A stretch of DNA of 64,000 bases from Octopus sinensis (lineage: Eukaryota): NCBI RefSeq assembly GCF_006345805.1, contig NC_043015.1:29636001-29700000 (forward strand), read 5' to 3'. Position numbers and translations under genes: made by a program. Position 1 is the stretch's first letter, and each line of letters starts with the position of its first letter. This document shows, piece after piece, positions 54,375 through 64,000 of the stretch. A model generated the notes under the pieces. The model was not told where the DNA came from. It made no database searches and saw only the letters and a list, made by a program, of their open reading frames with translations.

Positions 54375-54862
54375 GTCCCAGAGAACTTACTCCTATTTTC
54401 ACCACACACTTAACCTCTCACTCTTTAAGGGGATACACCCTGATATAAAGAAGCATGTTCCAGTGTCTCCAATTACAAAGAAGGAAAACATCTTTGATCC
54501 AGATAATTATTGCTCCATTGCTCTCAATTCTAACATCTCCAAGATAATGGAAACGGCTGTTAGCATAGATGTTCTCCATCATCTTCAATCTCTCTTTTTC
54601 CACGGTGGCCACCAGAGAGTGTTTGGTTACCCGTTTAGGGGCTCCGCCCATTTCTCATCTACTGCATCAGTAGCTTCCTATCAGGTTGCTTTACTGCGAG
54701 GTATATGTGGACAGAGTTCTTTCTGCCCACCTCTCAATCATGCCTGGTGATCCTTAGGGTTCGGTTTTGTCTCAGTACCATTCCATAGACCAAGGTTCTA
54801 CTTGCCCCTACATTCAGCAAAACTCTCTCTTATGCAGATGACACGGCTCTTTATTCTCCCTA
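54375..54862 (+). pseudogene. L2/CR1/Jockey-group LINE RT remnant
   Basis: VSPITKK..DPDNYCSIALNSNISKIMET; downstream QGS and YADDTALY (54831-54854). Confidence 0.78.
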
Positions 54863-55286
54863 ACCATGCATCATTCACACTCACCCTAATTCCTGCACGC
54901 CAAATATTTAGAAAGATGGGGGTAACTTTAATAGAGTGGAAAAGTTTGAAGAAAGCAGCACATTCGAATTCGGCAGGATAGCGAGAGTAGGATGTTATTT
55001 TATCAAGGTGTAAATTCGTTAAAGATATCTAATTAACTGGCTGGAGTCACGTAGGACAAGTTTTCTGCTGCGTTAATCAACACCCTGCTGATTGCAAACG
55101 CTGAAGAATTACGAACTACATTGGTAATGACAGTACTTACCAATATTTGCGTTCTATACAGTGTCATAGCAGAAGTCTGTAAACTATTTTGTATTGCATG
55201 AACTTTCCTACCGTTGCTTCCACGCTGAGAAGTTTTCGAGTGATTGGAAAATCAACGGGATTATGAAGCAGAATTTGTTATATTTT

Positions 55287-55905
55287 TGTTAGTTAGTTAG
55301 TTAATTTGGCTCAAAAGCAAATAGCAAGGCCATGTAGGGGGACATGGAGTTAAGTACAGGGTGGTGTTCATGTAAAGAGTTCAGGCCACTTGAGGTCAAG
55401 GGAGACTTTGAACAAAGCGGTCGTCGGCATCTTCACCATCTCGTCTGGCAGCTTGTTCCACGGATCCGCAACCCGGACGGAGAAAGCTCCTCTCCTTCGA
55501 TTGAGATGAAATCGTCGCAGGTAGAGCTTTTCGGAATGACCCCGCAGCCGACGCTCTGGAGCAGGAGTGAAGAACAGCTCTTTCGAGAGGTTACACTTTC
55601 CGCTTATGATGTTGTGGGCGAGAATGAGATCACCACGGCGGCGGCGTTTTTCTAGAGAATAAAGGTCGAGCGTCCTCAGCCTTTCTTCATAAGACAAATT
55701 TTTGAGACCATGAACCATGCGGGTAGCCAACTTCTGGACTCTTTCGAGAGGCTGTATGTCTTTGAGTAGATAAGGAAGATAAAGAGTTTTGAATCCCGTA
55801 CTCCAATATGGGTCTCACCAGCGTGACATAGAGTGGTAGGAATATGGCTGCTGTGAGCATTCCGAATGACCGTCGAATCAAGAACAGAATTCCGCGTGCT
55901 TTGTA
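55287..55905 (-). mobile_element. 5'-truncated CR1-clade LINE 3' end with (TAAC)n tail
   Basis: LYVTLVRPILEYG, LERVQKLATRMVHGLKNLSYEERL..L.LYSLEKRRRRGDLI, LRGH..KL, FSVRV..PWNKLP; tail gttagttagttag. Confidence 0.93.
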
Positions 55906-56103
55906 AAGCATTGTGAGTTTGAAAATATGGAAATAGGCATAATTCTTTACGTATTAATATTTATCGGGGTGGATTATTCCACCTGGGTCAGTTATGAATG
56001 AAAATGGTAAAAGGTTTATAAATTTATAAATTATGAATAGGGGATTCAGTTTTAAATAAACTAGCGAATGGTAATAAGCATGGAAAGTTATTAAATTGAA
56101 ATT

Positions 56104-56265
56104 GCAGGAGTGGCTGTGTGGTAAGTAGCTTGCTTACAAACCACATGGTTCCGGGTTCAGTCCCACTACGTGGCACCTTGGGCAAGTGTCTTCTGCTATA
56201 GCCTCGGACCGACCAAAGCCTTGTGAGTGGATTTGGAAGACGGAAACTGAAAGAAGCCCGTCGTA

Positions 56266-56335
<70 letters not shown>

Positions 56336-56553
56336 CGTGTATGTTTGTGTGTCTGTGTTTGTCCCTCTAGCATTGCTTGACAACCGATGCTGGTGTGTTT
56401 ATGTCCCTGTCACTTAGCGGTTCGGCAAAAGTGACCGATAGAATAAGTACTGGGCTTACAAAGAATAAGTCCCGGGGTCGAGTTGCTCGATTAAAGGCGG
56501 TGCTCCAGCATGGCCGCAGTCAAATGACTGAAACAAGTAAAAGAGTAAAAGAG
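56104..56553 (+). mobile_element. Group B SINE with expanded internal (TA)n
   Basis: Full-length match to other copies. Confidence 0.9.
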
Positions 56554-57039
56554 TATATATATAGAAATCAATGAGTGGCCGTTGTATAGTAAATTAAGAC
56601 ACCGGTAGGGATTGGCGGTATAAATGGCAAAGGCAATAAAGATCGGGAACATCTCTGTGGGTTAAAGCTAAAACTTAAAAGAGAAAAATAAATGGTGTAG
56701 CTGCTTGCAGTAAATAGTCAAGTATTGAGCCATTCTATGAATTAGAGGCATAATCTTCGTTTGTAACCTTCAGGTTCTTTCAAAATCCAGACATAATTGA
56801 AAAGTTTTGTTGCATTCCCCTTTTCTGTATTTCCGATGGAAGAAGTTTGATTTAATTACTGTTGTAAAGTTACATCTTCAACACGTCTACACATTGTTCA
56901 CGCGTACGTTGAAGTTTCGTTTGGCGGAGGTGACTTCGGCCGTGCATATAACCGCTTTAGTGTGCACAATTGAATAAAAGAGCCTGCGTTTGTGTTTGGC
57001 ATGTCGTTAGCCTTGGATAATTTAGTTGGTTTGCCTTTT

Positions 57040-57332
57040 ACCAAATCTTCACCAAACATTTCATTGATGTTACGAGCTGTCTGAGATGCATTGGTTCCAC
57101 TGCGGAACTCATATTTATAAACAATACGAATTTTTTATCTATCCTTGGGTTCACAAAAATTGATTTACCAGAGAAAACTCACAATTTAATCAGACACCAT
57201 AAATTGCATTTCGAAAAGTGATGATGTAACTCCTTAATGTTGTAAAACAGAGAACTGTGAGGGTAAAACAGTAGAGTTAACGACTGTCAAACTTGGTGCT
57301 CAAGAAAATCGGACATTGCATTCTTAATCTGT
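57040..57332 (-). pseudogene. Mariner 5' fragment (UTR plus transposase N-terminus)
   Basis: KIRIVYKYEFRSGTNASQTARNINEMFGED resembles the Hsmar1-type IRxIFxxEFxxGxxAxETxRNINxxFG. Confidence 0.75.
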
Positions 57333-57499
57333 GTGTGTGTGCGCGCAAACATACACACACGACAAGTCTCCTTTTTCCGTCTACGAAATTTCTTCAGAAG
57401 GCATCGGTCGGACATAGGACGACTATAACATGTCACGCAGTAGCACTGAATTCAAAACCACGTGGTTGGGAAGCGAACTTCTTAACCACAAAGCCGTGC

Positions 57500-57631
57500 C
57501 TGCCTTTCATCCTTTCGGGGTCGATAAATTAAGTACCAGTTACGCACTGGGGTCGATGTAATCGACTTAATCCGTTTGTCTGTCCTTGTTTGTCCCCTCT
57601 GTGTGTAGCCCCTTGTGGGTAGTAAAGAAAT
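57500..57631 (+). mobile_element. Group C SINE 3' part, abutting a decayed group B head (57360-57500, minus strand)
   Basis: tgcctttcatcctttcggggtcgataaattaagtacc...gtagtaaagaaata. Confidence 0.85.
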
Positions 57632-57679
57632 ATATATATATATATGTGTGTATGCGTGTGTATGTGTGTGTGTTTAGTA

Positions 57680-57759
<80 letters not shown>

Positions 57760-57820
57760 CACCCAGCCAGCCAGCCATCTACCTACCTACCTACCTATCT
57801 ACCTACCTACCTACCTACCC

Positions 57821-57908
<88 letters not shown>

Positions 57909-58202
57909 GTTTGTCTATTAGATAAATGCTACCATCTTCGGCCACCTTTGGCAGGCTTGTCGTTGACATTACTGGAAGGAGAATAACTTCGCCTCGTCTG
58001 AGATTTTGCAAGTAATTTTGCTCCAGAATTTTTTTTGTTTACAAAATTTACTGACCATGGCGTCTTTTTTCCCCAACAATTTTAGAAAGTTACGTACCTC
58101 CTGCCATTTGAGTCTAACGTGTCGCCTATACAGCTAAGCGCTCTATAGGTACGAAACCAACGGTTTCTCTCTGACCGGCCATAACAAACAACCATCTATC
58201 TA

Positions 58203-58377
58203 TCGTCTGTCGTTACGTTCTGAGTTCAAATTCCGCCGAGGTCGACTTTGCCTTTCATCCTCTCGGGTCGATAAATAAAGTACCAGTTTCGCACTGGGTC
58301 GATGTAATCGACTTAATCCCTTTGCCTGTCCTTGTTTGTCGTATCTATGTTTAGCCCCTTGTGGGTAGTAAAGAAAT
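58203..58377 (+). mobile_element. 5'-truncated group C SINE inside (CTAT)n
   Basis: Match to family; ctat repeats on both sides. Confidence 0.88.
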
Positions 58378-58387
58378 CTATCTATCC

Positions 58388-58460
<73 letters not shown>

Positions 58461-58650
58461 GCTAGCTAGCTAGCTATCTCTCTCTCTATCTCTCTCTCTC
58501 CCTCTCTCTCTATCTATCTATCTATCTATCTGTCTGTCTATCAGTCTGTCTGTCTACCCGTTTGTGTACATATATATATATATATATATATAGCGAATTT
58601 TATACACACACATACACACACACACACACAACACACACACACACACACAC

Positions 58651-58705
<55 letters not shown>

Positions 58706-58834
58706 ACATAACACATTGCCTTTCAAGGAACGTTTGGATTCTCTATTAAAGAATGAAATGATTGATATAGTGGTAAGCTTTTTCGTTGATTTATGTTGCC
58801 CTAGGGATTTAGTGTGCGTGTGTGTGCGTGTGTA

Positions 58835-58870
<36 letters not shown>

Positions 58871-59390
58871 GTGTACGAGCGTCAATGAAGTGAGTGGGGG
58901 GCTAGAAGGGAACCGGAGAACATGTGGTTGCAGTCATTAAAACATTAGTGAGGTTTTTTCATTTTTTTTTTTTTCCATTTTTCGTTATACGAGGTTTCGT
59001 GTGTTTATTATTGTGTCAAGTGACTTCTGGCTGAGGTTCTTCGTCTGTCTCATCACAAAGGCATTTTATTAAAAGATCTGTGTTCCCAATTATTTGATTC
59101 CTACGATGAATTGTTCCTGGATGAATGACAGCGGGGAGGAGAAGGTGTTCATGTTTGTTTGTATTTATTGGTAACGAATTGAAATTCTATAAGCAGACAT
59201 CTGCTGTAAAAAACAAAAAAAGGAAGATAGTATATCGAGTGTTTATTGTGAGCAAGATACTTCATTGCTGATGGTTGTTGATTGTTAATGAATACGAAAA
59301 TGTTCTTTTCTGTTTTCATTTATTTTTTGCTTTTGTTAAAATCAAAAGTCATATTTTATCAACGATATGACAAATATGATTAATAGTTTT

Positions 59391-59450
<60 letters not shown>

Positions 59451-59461
59451 GGTATATAAAT

Positions 59462-59827
59462 AGGCGCAGGAGTGGCTGTGTGGTATGTAGCTTGCTTATC
59501 AACCACATGGTTCCTTGGGCAAGTGTCTTCTACTATATCCTTGGGCCGACCAAAGCCTTGCGATTGGATTTGGTAGACGGAAACTGAAAGAAGCCCGTCG
59601 TATATATGTATATGTATATATGTGTGTGTCTGTGTTTGCGTGTCTGTGTTTGTCCCTCCAACATCGCTTGACAACCGATGCTGGTGTGTTTACGTCTCCG
59701 TAACTTAGCGGTTCGGCAAAAGAGACTGATAGAACAAGTACTAGGCTTACAAAGAATAAGTCCTGGGGGGTCGATTTGCTCGACTAAAGGCGGTCAAATG
59801 ACTGAAACAAATAAAAGAGTAAAGAGT
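59462..59827 (+). mobile_element. Group B SINE with two internal deletions
   Basis: Match to family. Confidence 0.88.
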
Positions 59828-59833
59828 ATATAT

Positions 59834-60596
59834 ATATACCCTGTCCATAAAGGAGGAAGCAGAGCAGATGCTAAAAGTTACAAGCCTCTCTCTCTCTGAC
59901 TTCGCATGTTAGGAAGTTCATGGAACGCATTTTAAGAAGGAGACTGATCACGTTCCCGGAAGAGAATAACTTGCTCACAAGCGCACAACATGTTCCCGCC
60001 CAGAGAGGAGCTGCTTCACACAGCTACTACATTAACGACTGAATATTGAAACAGCAGCTCAACCACTCAAATGTGGATCTGATGTATCTCGACTTTGTCA
60101 CAAGCTACATGGCCTTGGTATCACCGGAAAACTGGGAGAGCGGCTGCACGACTTTTTAAAAGGCAAGTCTGACAATTGCACCAATGGTGTTCTATTTGGA
60201 GAGGCATTATTCCGCAGCGGCGATCCTCAAGGAACTGTAGTAGGACCACTATTGTTTGTGTTGGTTGGCTCTTTCAGACATGCCTTCAATCGTACAGTCA
60301 GCCACTCTCACCAGCTACTGTGATGATTCAAAAGTATTACAGGCGGTCAAGGACCCTGATGTCATAGTAAAACTACAAAACGACCTGCAAGCAATATACA
60401 AACGGGCTGATGAAAATAACATGCAACTCAAAGCAGATAAGCTTCAAGCACTCCGCTATCAGCCCACGAACAGACTACAATCGGAATAGATAAGACCCGG
60501 GGGCAGTGCAATCCCAGATTCGAATCAGTGCGTGACATAGGAATCCACATGAGTAATGATGCAATATTTCATGTGCATATTACCAAGATGGCAACG
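59834..60596 (+). pseudogene. CR1/L2-type LINE reverse transcriptase remnant
   Basis: IYPVHKGGSRADAKSYKPLSL, MERI, YLDF, PQGTVVGPLL, SYCDDSK, LQNDLQAIY..ADENNMQ; many frameshifts. Confidence 0.88.
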
Positions 60597-60659
60597 TTTT
60601 TTGTTCAGATTGTATATGTATTTCAGTGTATGTGTGTATCAGAGTATGGTGAGAGTGTA

Positions 60660-60850
60660 TGTTCTCGGGGACATTCAGCGTGACACAGAGTGCGACAAGG
60701 CTGGCCCTTTGAAATACAAGTACAACTGAAACAGGAAGAAAGAGTGAGAGTTAGCTTTAGGTGTTTTTCGCTGAATAAAACTCACCACACGCCCGATCTG
60801 GGAATCGAAACCGCGAGTCCGCTGCCCTAACCACCGGGGTATTGCGCCTC

Positions 60851-60853
<3 letters not shown>
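60660..60853 (-). mobile_element. Deleted copy of the 62391 SINE variant
   Basis: Minus strand gtggaggcgcaat..gtggttagggcagcggactcgcgg...tgtatttcaaagggcc...gtcacgctgaat. Confidence 0.8.
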
Positions 60854-60907
<54 letters not shown>

Positions 60908-60988
60908 GTGTGTGTGCGTGTGTGTGTGTGTGTGTGGTGTGCGTGTGTGTGTGCGTGGTGTGTGTGTGTGTGCGTGAATCTATATATA

Positions 60989-61032
<44 letters not shown>

Positions 61033-61424
61033 TATATATACACACACATAATATACATATATAGAGAGACACACATACACCACATTCATAACACTCATGC
61101 ACATTCACGCACCCTTAAGCAAGATTTATTACTAAAATACGTAATAATTACGACTAGTACTGCGCTACTATTATTCGAGAGAACTTGTGAAGTGAAAGTC
61201 ATTGAAAGATTTAAAGTTGGAACAATCATACACATTAGTAATGCCACTATTGCTTCCAGTGGTGGTGGTGGTGGTGGTGATGACGGTAGACATTGCCACC
61301 AGTTGTCAGCTGAAAATTCTGTGAAAGGGTTAACCCATTTTCAACAGGATTCATTTAGAATAGTTTACCTCTACTTACGTACATAGAGAAAGGTCGAATG
61401 TTTGTATGTACACGTACGTACTAC

Positions 61425-61468
<44 letters not shown>

Positions 61469-61998
61469 ATGTGTGTGTGTATGTATGTGTGTATGTATGT
61501 ATGTATGTATGTATGTATGTATGTGTGTATGTATGTGTGTATGTATGTATGTATGTGTATATGTATGTATATATGTATGTATGTGTGTATGATGCATGTA
61601 TGTGTATGTGTGTATAGTATGTATGTATGTATGTAGTATGTATGTATGTGTGTTGTATGTGTGTATATGTATGTATGTGTGTATGTATGTGTGGTATGTA
61701 TGCATGTATGTGTTTATTATGTGTGTATGTATTCATGTATGGATGTGTGTATGTAGGCATGTATGTATGTTGTGTATGTATGCAGTTTATGTGTGTATTT
61801 GTTATAGTGTATGTATAGTGTATGTATGTATGTACATGTATGTGTATGTGTGTATATGTATATGTATGTATTATGTATGTATGTATGTGTGTGTATGTAT
61901 TATGTAGTGTGTATGTATGTGTGTAGTATGTATGTATGTATGTGTGTATGTATTCATGTGTGTATGTGTGTATGTATGCATGTATGTATGTGTGTATG

Positions 61999-62029
<31 letters not shown>

Positions 62030-62082
62030 TGTGTATGTATACGGGTATGTGTATCTGAGTGTATGTGTGTATGTGTGTGTGA
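61425..62082. repeat. (TG)n/(TATG)n degenerate microsatellite complex
   Basis: Seen directly in the sequence. Confidence 0.95.
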
Positions 62083-62390
62083 ATGAGAGAGAAGGAGAGA
62101 GGGAGAGAAAGAGAAAGAAAGAGAGAACAGCAGTGCGTGTTGTGTTGTGTTAAATGTTGCCTGACCCAAGTGAACTTCAGCCGATAGATGGAGTGACAGT
62201 CGGAGATTGTTAATTATGAATTTGAATACTCATTGCACACGAGCATAAATTCGGGTAAACCTCGTTGGTAGTAAGTAGCATCGGATAGAGAGACAGATGA
62301 TGGAAGTGGTGAGTGGGGGATGGTGTTTGGAATAGTGATGGGTTTGTCGTGAGAGTAGCAGAATTGGTGAGCTGGTTGTTATAAGCGGTG

Positions 62391-62759
62391 GTGGAGGCGC
62401 AATGGCCCAGTGGTTAGGGCAGTGGACTCGCGGTCATAGGATCGCGGTTTCGATTCCCAGACCGGGCGTTGTGAGTGTTTATTGAGCGAAAACACCTAAA
62501 AAGCTCCACGAGGCTCCGGCAGGGGATGGTGGTGATCCCTGCTGTACTCTTTCGCCACAACTTTCTCTCTCACTCTTACTTCCTGTTTCTGTTGTACCTG
62601 TATTTCAAAGGGCCGGCCATGTCACGCTGAATATCCCCGAGAACTACGTTAAGGGTACACGTGTCTGCGGAGTGCTCAGCCACTTACACGAGCAGGCTGT
62701 TCCATTGATTCGGATCAACCGGAACCCTCGTCGTCGCAACCGACGGAGTGCTTCCATCC
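62391..62759 (+). mobile_element. tRNA(Arg)-like SINE, group A head with a different 3' half, TSD
   Basis: A box, ggactcgcgg, B box; ATAAGCGGTG at 62381-62390 and 62760-62769; ends in (TCCA)2. Confidence 0.9.
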
Positions 62760-62836
62760 ATAAGCGGTGGTGTTGACGACTCAAATAATGATGGCGCCTG
62801 CTGCGCTGTTCTGCTTTTGGAGTTTGTTTGAGTGGA

Positions 62837-63945
62837 GCCGAGCTGGCAGAGTGGTTAGCACGCGGGCGAAATGCGTAGCCGTATTTCGTCTGCCGTTACG
62901 TTCTGAGTTCAAATTCCGCCGTGGTCGACTTTGCCTTTCATCCTTTCGGGGTCGATAAATTAAGTACCAGTTATACACTGAGGTCGATATAAATAACTTA
63001 ATCCGTTTGTCTGTCCTTCTTTGTCCTCTCTGTGTTTAGCCCCTTGTGGGTAGTAAAGAAATAGGTATTTCGTCTGCCGTTACGTTCTGAGTTCTAATTC
63101 CGCCGTGGTCGACTTTGCCTTTCATCCTTTCGGGGTCGATATATTAAGTACCAGTTACGCACTGGGGTTGATATAATCGACTTAATCCGTTTGTCTGTCC
63201 TTGTTTGTCCTCTCTGGGTTTAGCCCCTTGTGGGCAGTTAAGAAATAGATATTTCGGGATATGCTTGGGCGGCAAGCTAGCAGAATCATTAGCACCGAGG
63301 ACAAAATGCATAGCGGCATTTCGTCCGTCTTGACGTTCTGAGTTCAAATTCCACCAATGTCAACTTTGCCTTTCATCCTTTCGGGGTCGATGAAATAAAC
63401 ACCAGTTGAACACTAGGGTCGATTTAATCGACTTAGCCCTACCCACAACCTGCAGCCTTAAGCCAAAAATTAAAATCCAGTATTTTAGGGTATGACAAGG
63501 CAGCGAGCTGGCAGAATCGCTAGCACGCCGGGCGAAAAGCTTAGTGGCATTTCATCCGTCTTTACGTTCTGAGTTCAAATTCCGCCGAGGCCGACTTAAC
63601 TTTTCATCCCTTTTGGGGTTGACAAAATAAGCACCAGTTGTGCACTTGGGCTGATGTAATCGACTAGCCCCCTTCCTTCGAACTTGCTGCCTTGTGCCAG
63701 AATTTGAAATCGATATTATAGGTTAGAATAAGACGGTGAGCTGCAGAATCATAAGCACTCGGGACGAAATGCTTAGAGGTATTTCGTCCTTCTTTACGTT
63801 CTGAGTTCAAATCCCGCCGATGTGGGCTTTGCCTTTCATCCCCTTCGGGAACGATAAAATAAGTACCAGTTGAGTACTGAGGTCCATGTAATCGATTTAT
63901 TCTCTCACCTGAAATTGCTGGCCTCGTGCCAAAATTTGAAATCAA
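62837..63945 (+). mobile_element. Cluster of five same-orientation group C SINE units (a dimer plus three older monomers)
   Basis: Units start near 62837, 63064, 63268, 63498 and 63733. Confidence 0.88.
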
Positions 63946-64000
63946 ATATTTCAGGGTATTATATGAAGGAGATTTCACTGCTATTTCTCTCTTTGGCTCG

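Overview
64 kb of AT-rich, microsatellite-saturated eukaryotic non-coding DNA. The SINE families and repeat landscape point to a coleoid cephalopod, most likely Octopus (inferred, not proven). I find no intact protein-coding gene: nearly all listed ORFs are translations of (TA)n, (CA)n, (GA)n, (CTAT)n, (CATC)n or (CATA)n tracts. The recognisable coding remnants are all transposon pseudogenes: a full-length decayed mariner with TIRs, two other Tc1/mariner 5' fragments, CR1/L2-type RT fragments, R4/Dong-type LINE fragments, and Penelope-like (PLE) RT and GIY-YIG fragments. Also present are three tRNA-type SINE groups in many copies (several with clean TSDs), four non-autonomous Helitron-like elements, two MITEs, a 1.45-kb tandem duplication, several minisatellites and a 100-N gap. 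Two signals stand out. First, several unrelated short elements carry minimal type-I hammerhead-ribozyme-shaped motifs with canonical and variant cores, mostly as inverted pairs next to (TA)n tracts. Second, one SINE family forms head-to-tail multimers through the same self-complementary junction (GAAATA-NN-TATTTC) at independent loci. All coordinates were read by eye and may be off by a few bases.
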